The notes below the pieces were generated by a model. The model saw nothing but the letters and a program-made list of their open reading frames with translations. It was not told the DNA's origin and made no database searches. A stretch of 64,000 nucleotides of DNA from a virus (Duplodnaviria; Heunggongvirae; Uroviricota; Caudoviricetes), in the IMG/VR virus record IMGVR_UViG_3300015615_000629, positions 128,001-192,000 of that record; one strand, written 5' to 3'. Each line of letters opens with the position of its first letter. Positions within the stretch are counted from its first letter, which is position 1. The translations under genes were made by a program, and so were the position numbers. Below, piece by piece: positions 10,794-20,754 of the stretch.

Positions 10794-11639
10794 TTAATCG
10801 TTTCTGCGTTTCATTTCGGTAGTTTTTTTGGCAACCAAACGAGTCCAATTTGGAAGATATTCAAATTGTTCGTATTGTTCCCCTACCGTTGTCATAGGAA
10901 TTAAATGTTTTCTAATTTTGTGCATATTCAATACAACCGTCGCAGTTTCTAACAGCATTTTCGCAAAAGTATCCCTAATTTCTGCAAAGTCGGATTTGTC
11001 TGCGAGCAATCTCGCCATATTCGTAGAAATTCCAGATCGACCGCCATCAACGAATGCCGCAATCGACTCATCGTAAGAGCCATATACCGAATCATTTAAG
11101 ATATTACTACAAAATAGTTCTACTCCCTTTTTTAATCGCTCTGAACCACCTATTTTTAGTAGAGCGTCCCAAGCCCAATCGTGGCACATCCAAGGGCATA
11201 GAATAGCAGGTTTATTTTGATTTACATAGATGCCTCGAAAGCGAGCCTCTTGACGAGATACTTTGCCTTCTTCTCGATAAGGGTCTAGTTCAATGTCCCC
11301 ACGCCAACAAGCCTCCCATAAATCCTCTGTTTTTATTTTGTTCTTAGGGGTGGTCTCAAATACTTTACGAGAATATTCCACATGGTCTTCTAGAGCCGGC
11401 AAACTGCTTTTAAGCAGCAATTCTACAACAGCCCATTCTTCATCCGAAGCATCATTTCGTTCGATATCCCCGTAATCGTTATAAGTAGATTTAACTGGTA
11501 ATGTCCAGAATTGATAACTACTACCTGCATAACAGACGAAACTATATTCGCCTGTTGGCACCAACAAACCGGCACGGACGGGGTCGCCGTGGTGCAACGG
11601 TAGTCCAGTTAGACAACAATTTGAATCAAAACATCCCAT
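10794..11639 (-). CDS. hypothetical protein
   Basis: 281-aa ORF with Cys-rich N-terminus MGCFDSNCCLTGLP. Confidence 0.6.
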   Translation of the reverse strand: MGCFDSNCCLTGLPLHHGDPVRAGLLVPTGEYSFVCYAGSSYQFWTLPVKSTYNDYGDIERNDASDEEWAVVELLLKSSLPALEDHVEYSRKVFETTPKNKIKTEDLWEACWRGDIELDPYREEGKVSRQEARFRGIYVNQNKPAILCPWMCHDWAWDALLKIGGSERLKKGVELFCSNILNDSVYGSYDESIAAFVDGGRSGISTNMARLLADKSDFAEIRDTFAKMLLETATVVLNMHKIRKHLIPMTTVGEQYEQFEYLPNWTRLVAKKTTEMKRRND

Positions 11640-11642
11640 GTT

Positions 11643-12712
11643 TTATCCAATGTGGGTGTTGCGAAATCCACGAACATGCTTCAAACTTAGACGAATCAGG
11701 ATAAAGACAATCCCAATTACGGCCAAAATGTAAGTAGAAGGTTCGGGGATGAGCATTAAAGGCATTGCGGCACTTCCACTACCATAGTGGTCGGCCCAAA
11801 GGACGTAATCGAGACCATCCACGTTGCCATCGTGGTTGAAATCTCCTTTAGACCAATTTCCAGCACCGCCAGACATGCCGAATCCATCGGCCCAAGCCAC
11901 GTAATCCAAACCATCAACGACGCCGTCCAGATTGGCGTCACCCAAATGTGTATCCAAAACTTTATTCAAGAAATTATTGGCAAGCCACGGATAGCCGTTG
12001 TTGCCAGGACCGTAAAGGTGAACATAACCAGGATTTACACCATCGTCACCATACATTGTTTGCCAATTCGGCACCTGCTGGATATCGTAATTAGTGTCGA
12101 TTAAGTTAAAGCCGTACAAATCGGCTTGCTCTCGAATCCAAGGATTGTAAACGGTATCAACCAAAGTGTTAGCTTGAGCATTAATCGGATTGTTTGGATC
12201 GGCAAGGATTGGCAAAATAGTGCTTACAAAAATCTGCGGATGATTGCCATTTGGAGAAGTTGCCGTAGAAAGGTAATCGTAAACATTAGTCATTACTGAC
12301 TGGTAAGTTGTCCACATTGAGGGATTGTTTACGGATTGATAAGCATCATTGCTACCAATCATCAGGATAACCGCATCCGGATTCACCCCAGTTACACGCG
12401 GCAAATTGTAGTATGTCCAAGGCGGCCCAAAACTGTAAACCGTACCTTCGACAGCATCGAAAGCAAAATTGTGAGAAATTGGAGAAGGAACCCAATGGCC
12501 ATCGGGTGCAAACCCGCCAGAACAGACGATGTGGCACCACCGGAAGCCATCGAATAGGCATTTCCAGTAATGCCTTGGGCGTTCATCGCTAGTTGCAGTT
12601 GAATCGGCCCATAGCCAGTGCTATTGGAATCGCCAATGCCAACAATCTTGAAATTGCCAGCGAAAGCGGGCGAAACAACAAAAAGCAAAAACAGGATTGT
12701 CAACTTCTTCAT
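11643..12712 (-). pseudogene. secreted SGNH hydrolase with dockerin-like repeats and PEP-CTERM, broken by a -1 frameshift near 12512
   Basis: Frame 1 has the signal peptide and GDSNS. The -1 frame has MIGSND, GYVH, two GD(A/F)N.DG.VDGLDY repeats and IPEPST+TM. Confidence 0.75.
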
Positions 12713-12900
12713 TTTATCCTCGTAACCATTCTAGTAGTCGGTGCATTCTTGGCCGAAACCAATCGTGCAAATGTCTACTAGGAATTCGGGCAAAAACAAA
12801 CCCAATGAAGGCACCAAGCCTACCGGCTGTTTCTTCCCAAAAGTTCTTTCTGCCATTCATGGTACAGGTTAGGGTAATTACCACAAACGCGACACGCAAT

Positions 12901-12934
12901 AAAAAAACCGCTGGGATGTCCTCCCAGCGGTTTT
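12901..12934 (-). terminator. Rho-independent terminator after the Ubl gene
   Basis: AAAACCGCTGGGA/TCCCAGCGGTTTT inverted repeat followed by a T-run on the minus strand. Confidence 0.85.
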
Positions 12935-12959
12935 CACTAACCTCTTAGCTCAGAAACCT

Positions 12960-13304
12960 TTAGGCACCCTTGGTGCCGGCCGGTTTCAAGAATTCGACCT
13001 GTTCAGTGGTCGCGTCAAGCAAGTGGTCATCAGAAACAGCAACGCCCTTGAGGTAGCATTGTGCATCTGCGGCCACGTTGAGCATACCAGCGACAGCCTT
13101 ACGAACTTCGCCGACTGTCTTGCCAGCGACGGCCATTTCGGTTTCGTTGACACCGCACATGATAGGGACCGGCTTACGCTCGGAAATCGCGGTATCGAGT
13201 TTTTCAAGAACTTCGGTAGAACTTGGGTTCTTGTTTTCCAATCCGGTTTCGCACGAACCGGAAGCTACCGTATCGGCAACTTTATTTTGCTGCTTTTGAG
13301 CCAA
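12960..13304 (-). CDS. ubiquitin-like (beta-grasp) protein
   Basis: GKTVGEVR...VEFLKPAGTKGA; GTKG end as in PRTRC protein C/Prok-Ub; GGAGG SD with TTG start; follows ThiF. Confidence 0.8.
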   Translation of the reverse strand: MAQKQQNKVADTVASGSCETGLENKNPSSTEVLEKLDTAISERKPVPIMCGVNETEMAVAGKTVGEVRKAVAGMLNVAADAQCYLKGVAVSDDHLLDATTEQVEFLKPAGTKGA

Positions 13305-13342
13305 GGTTAGTTCCTCCGTAGAGTTTAGTAACTGCTACTTAC

Positions 13343-13370
13343 AATTTAGCACACTTGAAGCGAATGTAAA
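13343..13370 (-). promoter_or_regulatory. sigma70-type promoter for the Ubl gene
   Basis: TTTACA, 16-nt spacer ending TGTGC, TAAATT. Confidence 0.6.
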
Positions 13371-13375
13371 GTAAA

Positions 13376-14068
13376 TTATCCCGCACGCTTCATTGAACGG
13401 GATTTATTTTGCACGACATCGACGTAAACCTCTTCGTAATCAGGGTTTTTGTTCGTCGCTACCGCATAAAATGCGTTTAGCATGACGGCACAGATTGCGA
13501 AGTTTGTGACAACCAATTGTGGAGCGGACTTAACCATCTCCATGCACCCCAACAACTTCAATTCGTTAGGGTGCTTATCCGTTGGAGTATTAATCTCCGG
13601 ATGGACTTCATGCAAAGCACGAGTCAGATTTTTGCCGTTTTTTCGCTGGTGAATCATCACGTTGCCATCAAGCAACTCGTTCCCGCCAGAAATCAAAGTA
13701 ACATCGTTAAGTTGATTGCAATGGTGAGAAACCAGTTTTCTCGTGGCGTGATTGTCCACGCAAAGCAAAACCACATCACCATCCTGAATTAATGTTGAAA
13801 TATTATCAACATCAACATAAACAGGATGATAGGAGATTTCTAGATTTTCGAATTCCTCCTTCAACTCTTCGGCCAGAGCTTGGGCTTTATTGCCCCAACT
13901 GGTGAATCGCTGACGAGTTTTGTTCGAAAAATCGAAATCGTCGCCATCAATCAAGCCCAAAGTAGGGGCTGTAAATTGATGGTCGGCCGAACCCCAATTC
14001 AAAAATTGGCACAGCGGGTAGACCAAGTGTGATCCAATCCCACCCGTTCCAATCATTTTAACACGCAT
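13376..14068 (-). CDS. ThiF/E1-like adenylyltransferase
   Basis: GTGGIGS, IDGD, N..RQ, NKA, CVDN, SGGN; candidate thioester Cys in LGCME..APQL..TN. Confidence 0.9.
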   Translation of the reverse strand: MRVKMIGTGGIGSHLVYPLCQFLNWGSADHQFTAPTLGLIDGDDFDFSNKTRQRFTSWGNKAQALAEELKEEFENLEISYHPVYVDVDNISTLIQDGDVVLLCVDNHATRKLVSHHCNQLNDVTLISGGNELLDGNVMIHQRKNGKNLTRALHEVHPEINTPTDKHPNELKLLGCMEMVKSAPQLVVTNFAICAVMLNAFYAVATNKNPDYEEVYVDVVQNKSRSMKRAG

Positions 14069-14103
14069 TTAAAAAATCCTTTTCTAATCCTTTTCAAGGA
14101 AAA

Positions 14104-15069
14104 TTACTTAAGTGGACCCCATTGACGATCATCATCGTCATCGTCCCACTTTTTACTGCGAGAATTTTTCGCTGCGACGAACGCTCGGCTAACCCGTGGC
14201 ATCCATTCGTCTTCAATTTTGTCTTCCAAATCCGCTTGTTCGTCGGCACTTGGAGCGTCATTCACTCGGAAGTATCGACTCCGATCCCGCCAAGAAGTGG
14301 TGAGCGACCGCCAACCAGAGCGAATTCCTTGAAAGAATCCCATTCCTTCATCTTCGTCGTCGGCTTCGTCTTCAACCTCTTCTTCGTAAATTTCTTCGGC
14401 AGAACCGCCCGTATTGACGACATTCATAACCTCTTCGGGCGGCACTTGTTTTCGATTGCCGTCGATTACAATCGAAGCGGCGGCTGAAAAGTCCGCCCTA
14501 TCAACATGACCAAGGGTAATATGCAAACCATCTTGGTCATGTTCGTCGTGGATATCGACGCCTGAATGGTAGGCAGAGAAATTACAATGTGAATGGATTG
14601 TACCGATTACGATAAATCCATTTCCTTGCAATTCTCCCAATTCTTCATCCATTTTATAATCAACCGAACCACCGGAGACGCTTTGGTTTGGACACCAAAG
14701 AACGTACTCTTTCGTTCGGCGATTATAAAGAATCATGACTTCCGCTTCGGCATGAAATTTATCCCAAACCATTTGAAAAAAGGTGTGGGCCTTATTTACC
14801 AAGGCAGCCGGAAGTATAGGCAACTTGTAGTTGTACTTGTCATCTGGGGATTCTGCCAAGAAATACAAATCATTGGTCGGAACCAAAGCATCCACAACTG
14901 TGGACATTTTTCGCACCTGAGTGCCGTTCTTTGACAGAACGTAATAATTGCCCTTTGTAGGCAAATCCTTGGCGGTGACGAATTTGCATTCGACACCATC
15001 TTGGAATTCTGCGTCGTCATCAACAAGCACGTAAACCGAATGGATGATGTCGGTCATTGAATTCTCCAA
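14104..15069 (-). CDS. JAB/MPN+ metalloprotease (PRTRC protein A-like)
   Basis: EAEV...IGTIHSHCNFSAYHSGVDIHDE matches E..HxH-x7-S-x2-D; acidic C-terminal tail. Confidence 0.85.
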   Translation of the reverse strand: MENSMTDIIHSVYVLVDDDAEFQDGVECKFVTAKDLPTKGNYYVLSKNGTQVRKMSTVVDALVPTNDLYFLAESPDDKYNYKLPILPAALVNKAHTFFQMVWDKFHAEAEVMILYNRRTKEYVLWCPNQSVSGGSVDYKMDEELGELQGNGFIVIGTIHSHCNFSAYHSGVDIHDEHDQDGLHITLGHVDRADFSAAASIVIDGNRKQVPPEEVMNVVNTGGSAEEIYEEEVEDEADDEDEGMGFFQGIRSGWRSLTTSWRDRSRYFRVNDAPSADEQADLEDKIEDEWMPRVSRAFVAAKNSRSKKWDDDDDDRQWGPLK

Positions 15070-15078
15070 AAGTAACGT

Positions 15079-15852
15079 TTAGGCAAGTGGAGACACTATA
15101 GCACGATTTTGGGCAATGTAAACTTCCGTTGGCTTGAAAAAGTTCAAATGCGACTTTTGAATACCATGATGCTCAAGACGCTGATCGGGATGGTAGTAAG
15201 ACGCATATCTAGCCAAACTAGGCCCAGTTTTGGGGTAAAAGCGAGGGTCTAAAATAAAAGATGCATCTGCTCGGGTTTCTTGTTCCCATAATTTTAGACA
15301 AACACTTGTGCTCTCGCAATTATAACAGTTATTAATATTCATACCAAAATTGAACAAAGAAGTTGTGTAATCTCCTGTAAAACGACTATTCCAAAAATCT
15401 TCTAGAATATCAATTAAACAACTACGGTGGTTAATATTCTCGACCATCGTGGGACCGAAACAAATACGCCCACTCTCAAAACGTATGTTTGGCAACCAAC
15501 CAAGGGATATCGAACCCTTATCTCTTATTGATTTGTTAGAAAACCAACAAACACCAGCAGACCGATAGTAGTGGCCAGAATGCGGCATGAACGTAATGGC
15601 CGTTCGATTGAGAGTTATGCAAAAAATAACATATGGAAATGAGAGATAATAACCACCATACGCCGTGTTAATCGTCCTGCATTTTGGTTTCAATTCAAAG
15701 AAGAATAAACAACTGGACTCACTCACTGGAATAATAAATTCGTAATCTTCGACAGACAAGTCATTACAAAAAGCAGGAAATTCAAAATCCGAAATAGAAA
15801 CTTTCAACTTCGTGCAAGATTCCCGCACCTTCTTTTCAAATTCACTCGACAT
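15079..15852 (-). CDS. prokaryotic E2-like protein (operon copy, PRTRC protein B-like)
   Basis: PKCRTI, YLSFPYVIF, LPNIRFESGRICFG (cf. E2 HPN..G.ICL), FWNSRF; directly upstream of JAB-E1-Ubl. Confidence 0.8.
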   Translation of the reverse strand: MSSEFEKKVRESCTKLKVSISDFEFPAFCNDLSVEDYEFIIPVSESSCLFFFELKPKCRTINTAYGGYYLSFPYVIFCITLNRTAITFMPHSGHYYRSAGVCWFSNKSIRDKGSISLGWLPNIRFESGRICFGPTMVENINHRSCLIDILEDFWNSRFTGDYTTSLFNFGMNINNCYNCESTSVCLKLWEQETRADASFILDPRFYPKTGPSLARYASYYHPDQRLEHHGIQKSHLNFFKPTEVYIAQNRAIVSPLA

Positions 15853-16339
15853 CTATATTAAACCTTTTCCTAATCGAGTGTATTGCTCTTTGACCACGTT
15901 GCATGGCAGCAACTCGTGAGATTCCCAGCCCATCGCCTATTTCCTGCCAGGAAAGCCCATTTAGATAATGCTGAGTTAGTATTTTTCTGTTAAGAATATC
16001 AGCATCTGTGTCGTCTGGTGATTCTGTTAAGAAATAAGATAAATCTAGGAAATCTAGTCCTGTTTCACTCCAGGTTGGTTCAAAATCTAATGATTCTGTT
16101 CGTCTTAAACGACGAGATTTTCTGCCAGAAATAATCCTATTCCGCATACAGCGAAAAGCGAATTTTGAAAAAAATGGAGTTTTGGTCTCGTCAAAAGATT
16201 TAGCCGCATCCAACAACCCATCTACAGCATCAGAATATTCCGGAGTATCTTCGACTGGACCGCTAGGAACGTAAGAACGACATATCTTACGTGCAAGCCC
16301 AAGATGTTCCGCAGCGTTAATTTTCTTTAGGGAAATCAT
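15842..16339 (-). CDS. sigma70-family sigma factor
   Basis: Region 2 (GLLDAAKSFD...FSKFAFRCMRNRI) and region 4 HTH (LSWQEIGDGLGISR). Confidence 0.8.
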   Translation of the reverse strand: MISLKKINAAEHLGLARKICRSYVPSGPVEDTPEYSDAVDGLLDAAKSFDETKTPFFSKFAFRCMRNRIISGRKSRRLRRTESLDFEPTWSETGLDFLDLSYFLTESPDDTDADILNRKILTQHYLNGLSWQEIGDGLGISRVAAMQRGQRAIHSIRKRFNIDVE

Positions 16340-16844
16340 TCGGCACAACCAAAACTTCGTATACGTCCTGTCCTATGGACAACCTGTTTGTATCAGCATC
16401 CCCTTCGATTATATCGATAAGCCGAGATAAAACTTTTTCAGAAGATATTAGATCGTTGAATTCCTTGGAGATTTTGTTACGACGAGAGAAAAACATCAAA
16501 AATCCTTACCGTAAATAACGCATTCACCTTTCCACTTTTCTGCTTTATCGTCAGATAATTGCGGAATCGGCATTAAAGATTCTAAGTCAAAGAAAAAAGC
16601 CAAGGAATTGGTACATTTTTTCCAAGTTGGCGGAAACATTCTGCCACTGTTTCTGGGATGCTTGTGTAATTTAAACTTAATCCCTAACTCCGTAAGAATC
16701 TTTTCCGCTTTGACAGTCAGAGCGGCTTTGCTAGAAGGGATTTTATTGCTAATAACCAATTCGGGCGGGTCATCGTCATCGAAACAAATATACCAATCCT
16801 CCCCATAAAGAATAGGGTTTTTGTAAAATAAACCATCAGTGGCT

Positions 16845-17075
16845 TTAACCCACGTTGGCACTAGGCTCATAAAATCCCTTTAAGTGTGCGGTGATTACGT
16901 CATCGGTGGCGTTTGTAAACAAAACACAATTACAATTATCACAAATTGCAACAGGCAAGTCGGAAATAATTAATTTCTCATGTAAAACGTAGTTTTTCAA
17001 GACGCCCTTGTTAACAGTATCTTGCTTGCAGTCGGGACACTTCCAAGGAAATGGTCTATCCGACATAATTGGCAT
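16845..17075 (-). CDS. YgiT/MqsA-type zinc-finger protein
   Basis: PFPWKCPDC...LPVAICDNC. Confidence 0.7.
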   Translation of the reverse strand: MPIMSDRPFPWKCPDCKQDTVNKGVLKNYVLHEKLIISDLPVAICDNCNCVLFTNATDDVITAHLKGFYEPSANVG

Positions 17076-18021
17076 CCTTTAAAGTCTCATATGCCGCTCG
17101 TGCGATACTCGGCGGCAAAGCATGAACAATATCCCTCGGAAAGAACAAAATCCAGCCAACTTCCCGTTGTAAATTTTTTATATATTCCTTCCCCAATTTT
17201 AGCTCAATAATTTTGTTTTGTAAAACTTTACATTCCTCAAACGAATTAAACGGATTCCATTCTGGAGGATTAAGAATACTGCTATATGGGTCTGGCCTCC
17301 AACCTATTATATTGATACGCAACCATGCCAAAACTTTAGCGTCATATTCTCTGGATCGTCGAACACTAATATAATGTAAGGCTAGCAACGCCCAAGCTGT
17401 CGCCGAAGCCATTAAAACAAGAAGCCACGCAATCGTGCTCATTTTCTAGCCCATACTTGTATCGTGCAGACAAAAATCAACAAACAACAAAATAAATCTG
17501 CCCAACACTCAGCAAGGCTTTGAGGCCATGCGTTCCATCCGAAATAACTATTTTCCATTACAAAGAAAATTGCAGCCAGGAAGAACAACATTATCCAACC
17601 GTAGGCAAAAAGGCAGAATCTGGTGAAGCCACAGAGATAATAACAGACTTTCCAGGTGCCGCAGGATCAGAAGTTATCTGATCTCTAATCTGTTTGCAGA
17701 AACCAGCAAATTCATCAGGCGTATACCGCATTGTCCTCTTTTCTCCCGAAGAATCCGCGTTGATATAAGTATTGGTAAAGAAATACCCATTATGGAAAAA
17801 TACTTTGTGATCCAAGGACGCCATCGTAATTCCCTGTACGTGACTGCCCTCCATTTTTGTCAAATTAATGAAAAGAGGAAATTCGTTCTTGGGAACCCTT
17901 AAAGCCCAATCGGTATCAAAAACAAACCACAACTCGCCATTCGGGCAACGCCCAATCTTCCACATCCTAATATCCTATCGTAAAAAAGACGCAAATCAAG
18001 TTAAAAACGCAACTCCAAACA

Positions 18022-20037
18022 CTACAACAACTTACGAAGACCATCTATGTCGAGTATTTTAACGTTCAACTCCCTTGCCTTGTCGCTCTTAGAACCAGAA
18101 CCAGGGCCAGCAACAAGGTAATTAACCTTTCTACCAACCGAACCCACACAGACGCCACCAAGGGATTCTACCATAGATTCCCAATGTCGTTTACCATCAT
18201 CGAAACCACCACTAAAACAAAAAGTCAAACCAGACAATTTGCCTTTCGGAGTTTGTTTCGGCTCAAGATACTGTAACAGGTTTTCAATACGATTTTTGTT
18301 TCTTTTCAGATAGGCACAAAAGACTTCGGCGGTTTTCTGCCCAACACCATCAATCTTTACATAATCTTCGACGGATGCCAAGAAAATTGCGTCTAGATTC
18401 TCAAATTCAGAAACAATCGCTTTGGCTGTTGAGTCCCCAATACCTTTAATGCCAAGAGAGGCAAGAATCTGCCAGAGCGGCAATTCAATCTTATGTTTTC
18501 TTCGGGAAGCGATTTCTTTTTGAAGATCAGAATCTTCCATTTTATCAGGAGATTCTATCAAATAAATCCCTGCCAAAGACAGCAAGGCAATTCGCTTAGA
18601 CAAACCGCTGCGGACACAATCCTTAACATCCAACTTATAGAAATCAGCAAATTCTTTAACAACCCCGCCATCAAGCAAAGATTGAAGCCGAGAAGTGCCA
18701 ACCCCTAATACGCCCATTTTCTTCAAGAAGTATTCAAGTAAACCTACGCTTCTGGCTTCGCAAAAATCATTTTCACATAAAAGTTCCGACATTTCGCCAT
18801 TTGTGGAAATCTGAGTTTTTTCGCCACAAGAAGGGCAATGACTTGGCGGAACCGTTTTCTTTTTATCACCAACAACTTCAATAACTTTTGGAATAATTTT
18901 ACCAGACTTAATTATCTTAATCTTGGTTCCAACACCAATCTTGTTACGAAGCAAAAAGCCAAGGTTGTGCATAGTGGCACGACTTACCTTAGTGCCTGCA
19001 AGGGGTGTTGGGGCAAAGTTTGCGACAGGAACAATTTTACCTGTGCGACCAACTTGCCAAGAGATAGAAGCAACAACAACTATGGCACATTCCTCGGCAA
19101 ATTTCCAAGCAATTTTACCTTTCGGATTGCCTGTAACTGGGTCGCCGTGCCGGCCAAGTTGTTCCTGATCTTCAAAATTATCAACACTTACTACAACGCC
19201 ATCGACTTCATAATCAAGATTTGGAACATTTTTCTCCATTGTTTCCAAATCGTCGAACTTGAGCCGCCTTACCTGAACAAATTGAACGCCAAGTTTTTGA
19301 TTGCACCACTTGGCACGTTCAATTTCAGTCTTATAAGGAGGACTTTTTAAGCCATCAATAGCGTAGGCAATAAAGGTAAGGCGTTGGTCTTCTACGTTTT
19401 TTGGGTCATTAAATTGACGGATACCGCCAGCGGCATGATTTCTTGGGTTGGCCCGTTCATCTTCGCCGGCTGCAATTAGTTCCTGTTGAACTATTTCAAA
19501 ATCAGACAATTTACAGATTAATTCGCCCGAAATAGAACAAGTTAAAGGCAAATTAAGAGTTTGAGGAACACCCGTTACATATTTCACTTGTTCGGTTACA
19601 TCTTCGCCAAACCTACTCTTACGCGGTCTTAGCCCAGCCTTATCAAGTTTACCATCTACGTAATAGAGTCTTAAGGCCACGCCATCCAGTTTATATGCTT
19701 GAACAAATTGAACATCGGGGATTTCGTTTTTACAGTCCACCAACCATTTATCTAGAATATCTTTTTTCTTATTTGGGTCTTCGTGGTTAGCCTTCTCGAT
19801 AGAGGTAAAGGCGGGATGGTGCTCGAACTTTCTGCCTTTTTCCTTGGCGGTTGAAGCCGTATTGAACTTGAAAATCTTAGAATTAGGATGGAGAGTACGT
19901 AGTTCAAACCTGAACATATCGTACTGGCCATTTGTAACAATGGCACCTGTATCGGGATGGATACAGGGGAGACCCTGATCGTAAAGGGTGTCCAGATGTT
20001 CAATTACACGTTCTAGTTCGTCAATTCGTGGGTTCAT
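18022..20037 (-). CDS. ligA: NAD-dependent DNA ligase
   Basis: KLDG, NPRN.AAG, DGVV, AWKF, VGRTG, RATMHN, C4 zinc finger, HhH motifs, C-terminal BRCT. Confidence 0.95.
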   Translation of the reverse strand: MNPRIDELERVIEHLDTLYDQGLPCIHPDTGAIVTNGQYDMFRFELRTLHPNSKIFKFNTASTAKEKGRKFEHHPAFTSIEKANHEDPNKKKDILDKWLVDCKNEIPDVQFVQAYKLDGVALRLYYVDGKLDKAGLRPRKSRFGEDVTEQVKYVTGVPQTLNLPLTCSISGELICKLSDFEIVQQELIAAGEDERANPRNHAAGGIRQFNDPKNVEDQRLTFIAYAIDGLKSPPYKTEIERAKWCNQKLGVQFVQVRRLKFDDLETMEKNVPNLDYEVDGVVVSVDNFEDQEQLGRHGDPVTGNPKGKIAWKFAEECAIVVVASISWQVGRTGKIVPVANFAPTPLAGTKVSRATMHNLGFLLRNKIGVGTKIKIIKSGKIIPKVIEVVGDKKKTVPPSHCPSCGEKTQISTNGEMSELLCENDFCEARSVGLLEYFLKKMGVLGVGTSRLQSLLDGGVVKEFADFYKLDVKDCVRSGLSKRIALLSLAGIYLIESPDKMEDSDLQKEIASRRKHKIELPLWQILASLGIKGIGDSTAKAIVSEFENLDAIFLASVEDYVKIDGVGQKTAEVFCAYLKRNKNRIENLLQYLEPKQTPKGKLSGLTFCFSGGFDDGKRHWESMVESLGGVCVGSVGRKVNYLVAGPGSGSKSDKARELNVKILDIDGLRKLL

Positions 20038-20054
20038 GCCAGTTACGGTACAGG

Positions 20055-20633
20055 TTAGGTTGGGTAAATCAACACTCTCTTAGCAATTGCTGACTCGTTC
20101 CAAATACACCCGCTGGACAAATCCCATCCGTTATACCAGTAGAACAATTCGTCTGCCTTACGGTTAAATCTTATGTCGATCCCATCATAATCCTTAGAAA
20201 CCTCAAACCAATCAATCAAGAATGGATGTTTAAACCGTTTATAGTCGCCACGCTGGAACGATTTTAAATATGACAATTCATTGGGTTTTATATCGCTGCA
20301 TAAAACCCCATAACGTTCGGTAAATTGTATAAACTCTTTTTGACTTCGCGGCCTAAAAACATTGCCTTGTATCTTTATTTTAAAGATACACTTGTATTCT
20401 TCAAGGCGTTTGCGGCCCCATTTGGAACCAGCAAGATAGTCGGCCCAAACGCCTCCCCATGAATACCACACGCCAAATGGTTTAATATCAATCTGTTGAT
20501 ATGTGTCAAAACGCAAATCCACATGTTTGGAAAAATGCAGTTTTTGCCTAATTGAAATGTGTCTTACGGAAACAAGATCGTTCATTGGGCTTTGCGAAAC
20601 AAGAAAAATCCCAAAACCATCCCGCCAATGCAT
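20055..20633 (-). CDS. hypothetical phage protein
   Basis: KPFGVWYS...IDWFEVSKDYDGI...WYNGWD.SSGCIWN. Confidence 0.55.
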   Translation of the reverse strand: MHWRDGFGIFLVSQSPMNDLVSVRHISIRQKLHFSKHVDLRFDTYQQIDIKPFGVWYSWGGVWADYLAGSKWGRKRLEEYKCIFKIKIQGNVFRPRSQKEFIQFTERYGVLCSDIKPNELSYLKSFQRGDYKRFKHPFLIDWFEVSKDYDGIDIRFNRKADELFYWYNGWDLSSGCIWNESAIAKRVLIYPT

Positions 20634-20754
20634 CCTATCGCAGCAAATGGCCAGCCGTCAATTCCCATCACGCGAGCAAGACCTAAAAAAGAAAATCCAC
20701 CTAATATTCCAGCCATATGAACACGGGATACAATTAAGCACCATTCCATAAAAG

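Noticed and set aside
13376-14068. ThiF as a thiamine or molybdopterin biosynthesis gene
   Set aside because: No thi/moa genes nearby, no C-terminal GG on the Ubl, no Zn-binding CxxC pairs; the E2 and JAB neighbours favour conjugation
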